Below are positions 10,410 to 20,966 of a stretch of 64,000 nt of DNA, in pieces. Source of the stretch: an uncultured Planctomycetaceae bacterium (GTDB lineage Bacteria; Planctomycetota; Planctomycetia; Isosphaerales; Isosphaeraceae); assembly GCA_963833985.1 (NCBI GenBank), contig CAWIAD010000002.1, forward strand, positions 1,920,001-1,984,000, read 5' to 3'. Position numbers and translations under genes: made by a program. The notes under the pieces are model-generated. The model was not told where the DNA came from, did not search any database, and was given only the letters and a program-made list of their open reading frames with translations. Within the stretch, counting starts at the first letter, position 1; the number at the start of each line of letters is the position of its first letter.

Positions 10410-13037
10410 GCGTCGAACCCGGAAACGACGATGTGGACGCCCGTCTGTCCGATCTGCTCGCACGGGCGCGGCAGCTTACCGAGGAGGGGCTTTTTCGCTC
10501 GCACCTTGCCGTCTGCCGCGAGCTGCGGGCACTGGCGCGCGCGGAACAGCGGCTGATCCCGTACTTGATGGGCAGCTTCCAGTTGATGAACCATGCCAGC
10601 AGCCGGCTCGAGCCGCTCGACCAATCGCGCATTGCCATCGAACTGATCGCGGCCCTGGAACACGAGGACCACGCGCGCTCGATCCAGCCGGACTTCCCTG
10701 AGGCGGAATACGCCGCGACGGCTGCCTGGATGACCGCCTGCGCTTACGACAACCTGGCCGTGGCCACCGGACGGATGAAAGGATTCAATTCCGAAGGAAT
10801 GCACGGCTGTATCAACGAAGGGATCCAGGTGTGCCGCCGGACGGGCAAGCTCGAGTGTATCACCTGCTTCCGCGAGTACGCGACCGACGTGTACAAGGCG
10901 GCCGACGACACGGAGCTGGCCCTGCATTTTGCCCGGCTGGGTGAATCGCACCAGGTCGTCGGCCGTCACGACCGGCGCTGGGTTGGCGCCAAGGACCAGG
11001 CGCATTTGCATCTGCTGCGCGGCGAGCTGCAACCGGCTCTGCATGCCGCACGCCGCGCCTGGGCACTCGCTGAGACCTATCATTCGCCACGCAGCGCGCG
11101 CTGGCAGACGATGCTCCAGCTGCAAACCATCGCCACGATCCTCGGCCGGCCCGGGGAGGCCGCCGACCTGCTCATCGGGCGGCCGGCGACAACGGAGGCG
11201 GTGCCATCGGAAACCGTTGCAGTCGTCGAGCCAGTGCCGCCGGCCGGTGAAAACTTGCAGCTGGAGCACGACCGCGCGCGGCTGGACGCGCTGCATGCCC
11301 TGACCGACGGCCGTGCCGGGGAAGCCATCGCCATTCTCGAGAACTACGATCGGCTGCTGGAGCGCACGGGCCATCTGGAGCGATGGTTCGACAACCGTCT
11401 GGAGCTTCTGGCCGCTCACGCCTTCTCCGGGCGGACGAGCGTCTTGCCTTCGCTGGCGGGGCGCCTGGAGGAGCGTGCCAGGACGGCCCGAGACTGGCTC
11501 ACCCTGCGCCGCCTCGGGAGGATCCTGGAGAGCGGTCCTTCCCGGCTTCCCCTGCCGCTCCTGTCCGACCCGGACATCGGTCCGTTTGCGTCCCGGTCAA
11601 GCACAGCCGCGGTCGGGATCGCGTCTCGGCCGGATGCTCCGGAAACGGTGAGCGAACCTGCGGGGGCCGCTCAGCCCGCGGCGCCATCCCCTTTGCACGC
11701 GACCATCACCGGGTTCTTTCAACGGCTGGGAGAGATCTCCGAGAGCCCCGCGGCCGAGGCGCGTTCGTTGCTCCTGAGCGAGATACTCTCGGTCAATCCC
11801 GCGGATGTCGGCGACCCCCGGGAGGCAGGGGCCTTGCTCTACCTGCTGGAGGTCCTGGGAACCGAGGATGCCGATCTCCGCTCGCTCTGGGACTGGGCAA
11901 CCCGGGCCGCGCAGCCGTTCCGAGAGCACGCGGGCGTTCTGAGCCAGCTCGCGGGCCTGGGGGCAAGATGGACCGCCGATCCGGACTCGGTCCTGTGTGA
12001 CGTGATCGCGCGTGACGAGCTGGGCCGGATGTTCCGGCGCTCGCTCGACCTGGACCGTGACGCGCCCGCGAGTTTCGCCCGCGCCGCGGCTTATTATCTC
12101 CAGGAAGGGGACCTCGGAGAAGCCGAGCGCTGCCTGGCACGCGGCTTCAGGCTGGACCGCACCAGCACCTATCTGGCCATCCAGCTCTGTGACGTCTACC
12201 AGAATTCGGAACGGCCGCGCGACGCCCTGGCCGTGCTGGATCTCGCGTTGCGTGCGGGGTCACGTGATCCCGACGTGCTCTGGCGTGCCTCCAATCTGGC
12301 GTCGCATCTGGGGCAGTGGGAGCCCATGCTCAGTTATCTGGACCACTTCGAGGCCGCCAGCCCGGGCCGCCCGTGGACGTGTTACCAGCGCGCATTCGGC
12401 CTGCTGGAGCTGAACCGGGCCGCCGAGGCCCTGGAGGCCGCCGAGGAAGAGATGCGCCGGAGCCCGGAATCTCCCTTTCCCGCCCAGGTTCTGGCGGCTG
12501 CCGCGGTGGGGTCCCTGGGCGAACAGGAACAGTTCCACCAGCGGCTGCGCGCCGTGCTCGACGTGCGGCTTGCCGACGTTGACGCGCTCACGACGCTCGG
12601 GCTCGTGAGGCTCTATGAGCGACTCTGGAAATCCGCCGCCGGGCCCCTTGCAGGCGACCCGCTGCTCCTGGAACTGGAAGACCTGCTGCTGGCCAGCGGC
12701 CTGGCGCCGAATGATCTGTTCAGCGCAGCGCGGCAGTCCGGCGAGATGGTGCCCGACGTCAACTTCTACGAGTGTGCGGTGGAGCAGTCGCTGGACGCGG
12801 ACTGGCCCGGGTCCGCGGAATGTCTGGCCGGGGAAGCGGGCTGGAGCAGCTATGACCTTTGCTGGGGTGTCCTGGCGCGCGATGAGGACGAGGCGCGGCA
12901 GCTCGTCACCGAGTGGCAGCACCGCTGTTACCCGATCCCCTTCGTCTGGAAGTCCGTCGAGCCTCAGCAGCTCGGGCTATCGGGACCGGGTGGGCGTTGT
13001 CTGGCAGGGCCTGCGCGAGGGAAGCGAAGCCGGATGA
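10406..13037 (+). CDS. Large TPR-like helical repeat protein (ATGA overlap with Hsp90; probable frameshift near ~12975)
   Basis: TPR-like segments (AAYYLQEGDLGEAERCLARGFRLD, YQRAFGLLELNRAAEAL). The alternative C-terminus GYRDRVGVVWQGLREG ends at 13037; the uncorrected ORF ends at 13081. Confidence 0.8.
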
Positions 13038-13175
13038 CGCGGGCGGTGACCTCGGCAGCCGTGCTGCCGTATCGACAATAACCGCCGAGCCATGGCGAAT
13101 TCCCTGCTGACCGGGAACGAGCCGTCTTGTGCCGGACGTGCGGGGCGATTTGCCTGTTTGTGAGATCGAACGCTT

Positions 13176-14099
13176 ATGAACTCAGCCATTGCGATCCAGG
13201 GCGTCACCAAGCGGTTCGGCGGAGTGATCGCCGTCGACAACCTCGACCTGGAAGTGCCGCGGGGCTCGCTCTACGGGTTCATCGGGCCCAACGGCTCGGG
13301 CAAATCGACGACCCTGCGCATGATCATGCACATCCTCTTGCCCGACGAGGGCGAGCTCGAGGTCCTGGGCGTGCGGGACACCCGCGCGGCACACGACCGT
13401 GTGAGCTACCTGCCGGAGGAGCGCGGGCTCTACAAGCGGATGAGCGTACGGAGGCTATTGCGTTACTTTGGCGCGCTCAAGGGGGCAAGGCAGCCCGAGC
13501 TGGACCAGGCCATCGATCACTGGCTCGATCGCATGGGGCTCTCCGAGTGGATCGACAAGAAGGTCGACGCCCTGTCCAAGGGCATGGCCCAGAAGGTGCA
13601 GTTCATCGCGTCGGTTTTGAACGCTCCCGAGCTGCTCATCCTGGACGAGCCATTCACCGGGCTGGACCCGGTCAACGCCGAGGTGCTCAGGGACGCCGTG
13701 CTGGACCTGCGTCGCGCCGGGACCACCGTGGTCTTCTCGACCCATGACATGTCCGTTGCCGAGCGGCTCTGCGACCGCATCTTCATGATCTTCAAGGGCC
13801 GCAAGGTGCTGGACGGAACGCTCGACGAGATCCAGGCGAATTACGGCCACGACACGATCCGCGTGCGTACCGAGGCCGGCATGGCGGCGCTGGACGGGCT
13901 CGACGGCATCATGGAAATCAACGACCTGGGCAATTACCAGGAAGTCCGCTGGCGGGGTGATCCGCAAGACCTGCTGCCCGCGCTGGCCGCGCGCACGCGC
14001 ATCTCTCACTTCGAGGTCACACGCCCGTCGCTGCACGATATCTTCGTCCGCATTGCCACGCCCGAGCAGCCGGCCCAACAGAAAAAGAGCGTTTCATGA
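13176..14099 (+). CDS. ABC-2 type transporter ATP-binding subunit (NatA/YhaQ-like)
   Basis: Walker A GPNGSGKST, signature LSKGM, Walker B LLILDEPF, H-loop STH. Confidence 0.95.
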   Translation: MNSAIAIQGVTKRFGGVIAVDNLDLEVPRGSLYGFIGPNGSGKSTTLRMIMHILLPDEGELEVLGVRDTRAAHDRVSYLPEERGLYKRMSVRRLLRYFGALKGARQPELDQAIDHWLDRMGLSEWIDKKVDALSKGMAQKVQFIASVLNAPELLILDEPFTGLDPVNAEVLRDAVLDLRRAGTTVVFSTHDMSVAERLCDRIFMIFKGRKVLDGTLDEIQANYGHDTIRVRTEAGMAALDGLDGIMEINDLGNYQEVRWRGDPQDLLPALAARTRISHFEVTRPSLHDIFVRIATPEQPAQQKKSVS

Positions 14100-15435
14100 A
14101 CACAAACTTTTATAAAGTGTACGTGGTGGCCACCACCGAATTCGGGTCGGCAATCCGCACCAAGTCGTTCCTGGTGGGGATCTTGCTGTTGCCGGTCATC
14201 ATGGGTCTCTCGATCGGCCTCCAGATCTTCGTCGCCGATCGGGTGGACACCAAGCCGCGAAAGTTCGTGGTCATCGACCGCAGCGGCGCACTTTACCCCG
14301 CCATCGAAGAGGCGGCCCTGGCCCACAACGCCAAGCTGCCCGAGGCCCGCGGCCGGAACGCCCGGCCGCGGATGGAGCCGGAGCTGGAGCGCTCCGCCGG
14401 CACGGGCGAAGACCCTACGGCCCTGGGATTGGAGCTCTCCGACCGCATTCATCGCGGCGACCTCGACGCCTACGTGGAGATTCCGCCTGGCGTGGTGGAC
14501 CCTCCGGCCGACGCGGCCGACACGAAGCCTCTGGAATACCACTCGAATAACCCCAACGATGACACGATCCGCAACTGGTTGACCGTGGTGGTGAACGATG
14601 CCGTTCGCGCCCGGCGGTTCCGGGCCGCGGGCCTTGACCGGGCGCTCGCCGAAAAGCTGAGCCGGCCGGTGGAAGTGGAGAACCAGGGTCTCGTGGAGCG
14701 CAGCGCCGAGGGGGCGCGTCCGCAAGCGTCCGCTCGGCCGAAAAGATTGACATGTTCCGGACCGCGGGGGTCCCAGCGGCACTCATGTTCATCATGTTCT
14801 TCGTGATCATGACCAGCGCCCCGCAACTGCTCAACAGCGTCATCGAGGAGAAGATGAGCCGGATCAGCGAGGTGCTGCTCGGTTCCGTGACCCCGTTCGA
14901 GCTGATGCTGGGCAAGCTGCTCGGCAATGCGGGCATCGCCATGCTGCTGGCGTTCCTCTACGTGGCCGGCGGCTTCGCGGTCGCGGCTTACCATGGCTAC
15001 GCGAATGTCATCTCCCCGGGCCTGATCGTGGCCCTGGTCGTGTTTCTCTTCCTGGCGATCTTGCTGTACGGCTCGCTCTACATGGCCGTCGGCTCGGCGT
15101 GCAGCGAGCTCAAGGACGCCCAGTCGCTCATGATGCCGGTGATGCTGCTGTCGATGATTCCGATCTTCGTCTGGACGGCCGTGCTCAAGAACCCCGCCAG
15201 TTCGCTCTCGGTGGGAATGTCGCTCTTCCCGCCGGCCAGCCCGTTCCTCATGCTCATGCGGCTGGCGCTGAGGCCGGCGCCTCCCGCGTGGCAGGTCGCG
15301 CTTGCGGTCGTGCTCACGACGCTCACGGCCATGGCCATCATCTGGGCTGCCGGCAAGATCTTCCGCACCGGCCTCTTGATGCAGGGCAAGCCGCCCAGCT
15401 TCCTTGAGCTGGCCCGCTGGGTGATGGCAAAATGA
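14096..15435 (+). CDS. ABC-2 type transporter permease (NatB/YhaP-like; frameshift near ~14720)
   Basis: N-terminal TM (IRTKSFLVGILLLP), extracytoplasmic loop, then SVIEEKMSRISEVLL, LMLGKLLG and several TM helices in the next frame. Confidence 0.9.
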
Positions 15436-15492
15436 TGCGCTGACGAAATCATGCACCGGGCGGTGCGGTGTCTCCGGACGAGGCGGTCAGGC

Positions 15493-16878
15493 ATGGAACC
15501 CGACGAGCTCGATGCGCTGCGGGAAGTTGTCCAGCGCAGTCCGCACGCCTGGGCCGGGATGCTGGCGGTTCTGGCGACAGTTTTCGCCGTTGCCTGGCTG
15601 GGCGCCTGGCTGGCGATGACCGTGACCGCGTGGCCGTTCAGGAGATCAGCGAGTGGATCCTGGACCGAGCGGGCACGGTCGTACTGGCCCTCACGGCGTG
15701 CGGGGGCCATGGCCCTGGTGATGCTTTGCTTACCGGCGATGCTCGCCTTTCTGCCGTCGCCCTTCAAGATCCCTCTTCTCCCGTCCGCCGTGCAGATGGC
15801 CCTGGCGTGTGGCGTCGCTTTCTGGGGAGCCCTCGAGGCGAACCTGCGCCGCGAATTTCGTATCAACCCCGCCTATGCGTTCACGCGATCGCCCCTGCGC
15901 CGGCCAGGCTTTCCTGGCTCATGCATCTGGGACCGGTCTTCCTCGGTATTGTCTTCCTGAGCGCGCTGCTTCCGGACCGCCTGAATGCAAGGGCGGTGCT
16001 TGTGCTGTCGGCGTTCACGCTGGTGCTGGCCGCCTACCTCGCATGGGGACGAGCCTGGCTGCTGCGGGTCCTGGGCATCATCCGGCCTGCTTCCGACCGC
16101 CTGCGCCGGGTCGTGGGGCAAACGGCGGAGCTCGCGAGCGTGGTTCCGCGCGGTTGTGGAGGTGGGTCTGCCCATGGCCAACGCCTTCGCATACCCGCTC
16201 CAGAAGACGCTGGGAGTGAGCGATGCCGGCCTGGCCGTTCTGGACGACGACGAGCTGGCCGCCATCTGTGCCCATGAGCTGGCGCATCTTCAGGAACCGC
16301 GCGGCGTGGTCTGGTCGCGCATGCTCCGAAGCTGGCTGATTGTCATCTACGCCGCCATGATCGCGGCCACGGTGCGGCCGTTGCCCGGTAGCTTCGGGCC
16401 GGTGGCTTACCTCTGGGGCTTTCTCGGCGCCAACCTCTTTCTGATCGTCGGAGTCACTCTCTCCAGCAAGCTCTCTCTGAAAATGGAACACCGCGCCGAT
16501 GCGCAGGCCGCCGCAGCGCAGGCGTTGCCGGGTGTTTATGCCCGGGCGCTGGAGAAGCTCTACGAGGTGAACCTCGTCCCCGCGGTGATCGGATCGAAAC
16601 GGCGGACGCATCCCGACCTTTACGATCGGATGCTGCGGGCGGGAGTGACGCCGGCCTATGCTCGCCCTGCGCCGCCCCCGCGCTGGCCTGCGCTGCTGGG
16701 CCTGGCCACACTGGTGGGCGTGATCTTTGTGGGTGTCTGGACGTGCCGCCTGGTCGCGGGAGAGCTGCCCGACGCGTTGCTCGGCCACCGGGAATCGATG
16801 CTCTGGAAAATCGGCGGCGGGCGGGCCGTGCCGAACGAGACCGTGGAGCTGCTCGATCGACCCGATTTTCCCCGGTGA
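15493..16878 (+). CDS. M48-family (HtpX-like) membrane Zn metallopeptidase (two frameshifts, ~15895 and ~16150)
   Basis: ANAFAY, ELAAICAHELAH, MEHRADA, ALEKL, THPDLYDR; upstream TM segments lie in two other frames. Confidence 0.82.
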
Positions 16879-16949
16879 GCGACCAGACCAGATTCGTAGG
16901 GAAGTCCGATCGCTCACGCGCGTGATGACGCAGTCAGCAGACAGAGGAA

Positions 16950-18005
16950 TCAGTATTGATCGCCGCCGATGATCTCGCCGCCGTTGCGAGTGGCAAGAGC
17001 CTGGTAGACGCCGACGCGCGCACCCGGGTTGAGGACGAGCCCGTAGTAGGAAGGCGAGGCCAGGCTCGTGCCGTTCGGGATGCCGTTGACCTGGGGGGAA
17101 GGAATGGCCCAGGAATCGATCGAGTCCCTGAGGAAGCGCACCGATCCGTCGCACATGGCGACGTTCACCCCGCCCGGGTGGAAGCTCATGGCGTCAAGGA
17201 TTGCCCAGGTGGTGAGGGCGGCATTCCCCGGGTCGTTCATCGGATCGGAGTAGTGACGTCCCCAGTTGGGCTGAAATCGGGCTTCGAGCGATGTCGAGGT
17301 CGGGTCGGCTCCGCTCCACGTGTGAATATAGCCTTGCGTCGCGGTGCTGAAGACGCCGTGGCCGTTCTCCGAGTACATGATCGTATTGCTCGTGCCGTCG
17401 GTGATCGAGGCCAGCGTCACCTTTCCGCCGGCGACGATCGGCCCTTTCGCGAAGCTGGCCAGTTGCGGGTCGGTGTCGAGACTTCCGAATCCGCCGGCCG
17501 AGGGATTGTAAACCAGGTTGAACGCGTTCCACGGCCCGGCGTTACCGGAGTAGTGGCTGTGAAACTCCTGGAACGACGGCGGCCCGAACTCGAGCGGGTT
17601 GGAGACGCCGGCAGACGGGTCGCTCGGGCAAAAGAAGACCGAGATTCCCACACCGGGCACGGTCCAGTTATCCGGCATGAAGAAGGGCAGGGAAAAATTG
17701 GTCGCGTTGTAGACCGCGGTCTGCTCCATGTACGGGCAGATTCGCAGCAACGAGGTATAGCCGATGTTGCCCCCGTTGCAGAGCATGGCCGGCGGAAGGC
17801 TTCCCGAACTCGATTCATAACTCATCGCCGCCAGAGCGATCTGCTTGAGGTTGTTGGTGCATTGCATCCGCCGGGCGGCCTCCCGCGCGGACTGGACCGC
17901 GGGCAAGAGCAGGGAGATCAAGGCGGCGATGATCGCGATGACCACCAGCAACTCGATGAGCGTGAACGCCCGATGGCGGGTCCGGCTCGCATTGGCGTGA
18001 TCCAT
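16950..18005 (-). CDS. DUF1559 prepilin-type N-methylation / H-X9-DG domain protein
   Basis: AFTLIELLVVIAIIAALISLLLPAVQSAREAARRMQCTNNLKQIALA, ITDGTSNT, SFHPGGVNVAMCDGSVRF. Confidence 0.97.
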   Translation of the reverse strand: MDHANASRTRHRAFTLIELLVVIAIIAALISLLLPAVQSAREAARRMQCTNNLKQIALAAMSYESSSGSLPPAMLCNGGNIGYTSLLRICPYMEQTAVYNATNFSLPFFMPDNWTVPGVGISVFFCPSDPSAGVSNPLEFGPPSFQEFHSHYSGNAGPWNAFNLVYNPSAGGFGSLDTDPQLASFAKGPIVAGGKVTLASITDGTSNTIMYSENGHGVFSTATQGYIHTWSGADPTSTSLEARFQPNWGRHYSDPMNDPGNAALTTWAILDAMSFHPGGVNVAMCDGSVRFLRDSIDSWAIPSPQVNGIPNGTSLASPSYYGLVLNPGARVGVYQALATRNGGEIIGGDQY

Positions 18006-18187
18006 TTGAGATTCTCACATGAAAAGACATGGTTCCAGTACAGAACCCCCGTTGAGGCCGGATGCTCCGCGCATCCCAGCCATCCTTGCCGAGCCCTTCT
18101 CGCACCCGATCTCACGTGCGCCCGATACGGACAGACCACGCGAGACCCGGCTCGCGCTATGAAAACGATCTGGTCTTCCGATGCGCG

Positions 18188-18382
18188 TCAACGAGAACGT
18201 TTCACTTTGTCCCTGGGAGAGGGCACCTTGGCCGGAGGCTGGTACTTGAGAGATTCCTTGGGGATGTCGATCGAGCCCGCACCCCGCACGGAATCATCCT
18301 TGTCACACCCGGCAGGCCACACCAGGAGAGCGCAGAACAACAAGCAGGCCCAGCGGGAACTTTCTCGGCGACGAACTGTCAT
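18188..18382 (-). CDS. Small putative lipoprotein
   Basis: Basic N-terminus, hydrophobic stretch, lipobox-like PAGC; co-oriented upstream of the DUF1559 gene. Confidence 0.6.
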   Translation of the reverse strand: MTVRRRESSRWACLLFCALLVWPAGCDKDDSVRGAGSIDIPKESLKYQPPAKVPSPRDKVKRSR

Positions 18383-18660
18383 GGAGCAATCTCGAGATCC
18401 ATGAAAGGGGAGAGCCGTGGAATGTCGAGCCATGCGGACCATGAACGAAAAGATTCCGCCGGAATTGCACCAATCTCATTGCATCCGGTAAGGACGGCCC
18501 CCCATGGCGATTTCAGTCCTAAAAGCTTAAAACACCGGTCGCCACGAAGTCAAGCCAGCAGTCCTTGCTTCGGTTCAGAAATGAGGATTCCTCGTCCGGT
18601 TTGCCGGCGCTCCCGGGGCCGGCAGCGCGCCGGCCGCAACGGTGTCCCATTCACTCCGGC

Positions 18661-19975
18661 TCAATCGTGCGGATAGTTCTCCAGGTAGCGGGCGAGGCGA
18701 TGGAAATCGGAGCCGGCCTCGATGAACCGCACCACGGTCACCAGGGTCTCGGGGTTGACCAGCTCCTCGAAAGGCACGTACGACAGGTCAAGCTGGCCGG
18801 AGCACGAGATCATCACGCCGTTCAGGCCTTGCTCGGCCAGAGCGCGGTAGGCACCCACGCCAAGCTGGCTGCCCAGGATGACATCGAAAGCGTGGGGCAG
18901 GGCGCACCGGGCCTCGTAGCCGAGCTGAATGCCGGTGAGGCGCTTGCTCTTGCCGGTGCGCTTCTTGTACTCGGCCTCGACGGCCTTGACCATGGTGCGC
19001 GCCAGGTTCGTCTGGCCGAGCGCGATATGGCCATGGTCGTCGAACTTGATCTCTCCCAGGTAGCTCAAGGGGAGGAAGCTGCCCAGACCCTCGGCGATCA
19101 CGATCACGCCGAACTCCTTGCCGTCGGCCTCGCGCCAGCATCACCCGTATGATCTTATCGACAACCTTGTTGATGTCCATGACAATGCGCTTGGTGGCGA
19201 TACCCGTACTGGGATCGGTGACGGTCTCCTCGGCGCTCAGGCCCTGGTGGATGTCTTCCACGCTCAGCGCCAGGCTCGCCTCGCCGGCGATGGCGGCCCC
19301 GTAGGCCAGCCACCCGGCGCTGCGGCCCATGCACTCGGCGATGAAGTAGCCGCGGGTGGCTTCCGCATCGGCCAGCAGGTTGCGCACCTCTCCGGCCAGC
19401 GTCTCGACGGCCGTGAAGTAGCCGAACGTGAAATCGATGCCGCGGTAATCGTTGTCGATCGTCTTGGGAACGTGCACCACCGAGATCCGCTTCTGGCCGG
19501 CGGGCAGATGATCCTGGAAGAGCTTGAACTTGTTCGCGGTCTTGAGGGTGTCGTCGCCGCCGATCGAGACGAGGGCGTCCACGCCCAGCGAGCAGAGGGC
19601 CTGGTGCACGGTCTGCAACGGCGCGGTGCATTTCGGGTCGGTCAAATGGCTGGGGTTCGAGACGTCCTTGCCCGGGTTGGTGCGGGCCGTGCCGATCATG
19701 ATGCCGCGCGTGTTGCGGGTGCGGCGCAGCGCCTTCTGGTTCAGCACCAGGTAGTCGCGCCCCTCCTGCATGGGGTGATCGGGGGCGAACTCCACCAGGT
19801 GCGAGTAGCCGTGCCGGATGCCCAGGACCTCAATATTGTTGCGCAGGAATGCGGACGCTGCGGTCGAGATCACGGCGTTGGCCGCCGGCGCCGGGCCGCC
19901 GGCAAAGAGGATGGCGACGCGGCGGATCGGGCTGGTGCCCTGTGGCGCAGGCTTATCAGCGGCTGAAGCGGGCAT
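18661..19975 (-). CDS. pfp: 6-phosphofructokinase, probably PPi-dependent (frameshift near ~19130)
   Basis: AGGPAPAANAVI, SIGGDDT, VPKTIDND, ECMGRSAGW, LGYEARC. GGDD plus PKTIDND is the established PPi-type signature. Confidence 0.9.
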
Positions 19976-20243
19976 TGGAGACTCCCAGGGAGGTCACTTG
20001 CAAGCGATTGGTCTGGTTCGGGGATGCCTCCGCCGCGGCCCGATCCTCTTTGCCCGGTGCGATCAAGAGCTTGAAGATCGGCGCAGGCTTCGCGCCCCAT
20101 CCTGCTTTATGAGCATTCAACCAAAAGTCATGAGAGCCAAAGGCGTACTCGTCCCTCAGACTACACGCGCGGTGGCCCGGTCACAAGAGATTGCCACGCG
20201 GCCCGGCAGACCGCAGACATGAAGACGGCGGCTGCGTGCCCGC

Positions 20244-20873
20244 TCAGGGAGTGCCCGGCGATCCGCTGGCCGCGAACCGGGTGGGGCCCAGCGGGTCCAT
20301 CTCGTCGAGCCAGTGCTCGGCCTGGGTGGCCAGGCGATGAATCGTCTCGGCGCTGCCCCCGCGGACCAGGGCGGCGATCCGGCCGTCGCCGTCAACCAGG
20401 ACCTGAAGCGGAGGCTCGGCGCTGTCGATGCCGAACCGCCGCAGGACCTCCGCGCCGGCGCGATAGCCCGGGATGGTGGCGTGCACCCCCTGGAGCGCCG
20501 CCTTCACCTGCTCGGGAGGGTCGGTGAAGACGGCCGCGGTCATCATGCTGAACCGCCGGTGCGCCTTGAGCCGCTTCCAGACCGGTTCCAGGTTCTCCAT
20601 GCATTCCTTGCCGGTGGCTGAGCTGGCCGACCAGAAGATGATCCAGGTGACATTCCCCTTCGTTCCCAGCAGGAGCAACGGCTGGGCGGTCTCGAGCTCG
20701 ATCAATTTCAGCGGCGGTAAGGCCGCGCCCACGGCCAGCGTGGCGGGCCGTGGCGTCGGCCGGAACCGTAGCCAGGCCGTCCAGCCCACGAACAGGACCG
20801 TCAGAATGGCCAGCACGACGCTGACCCGGTCGAACCGTCGAGCCCGGGCCTTGCCCGCGAGATCATCATTCAT
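20244..20873 (-). CDS. Membrane-anchored thioredoxin/TlpA-like fold protein lacking CXXC
   Basis: N-terminal TM, LAVGAALPPLKL, IIFWSASSATGKEC in place of FWAxWCxxC, QVLVDGDGRI. Confidence 0.65.
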   Translation of the reverse strand: MNDDLAGKARARRFDRVSVVLAILTVLFVGWTAWLRFRPTPRPATLAVGAALPPLKLIELETAQPLLLLGTKGNVTWIIFWSASSATGKECMENLEPVWKRLKAHRRFSMMTAAVFTDPPEQVKAALQGVHATIPGYRAGAEVLRRFGIDSAEPPLQVLVDGDGRIAALVRGGSAETIHRLATQAEHWLDEMDPLGPTRFAASGSPGTP

Positions 20874-20966
20874 GCTGAAAATCGCAATTCAGTAAGAATG
20901 CAAGTCGATGAAGTGGATCACTCCGCGGAGGCGAGACGAGACGGGCTCGCCAGCCTGGCGCTTCCG

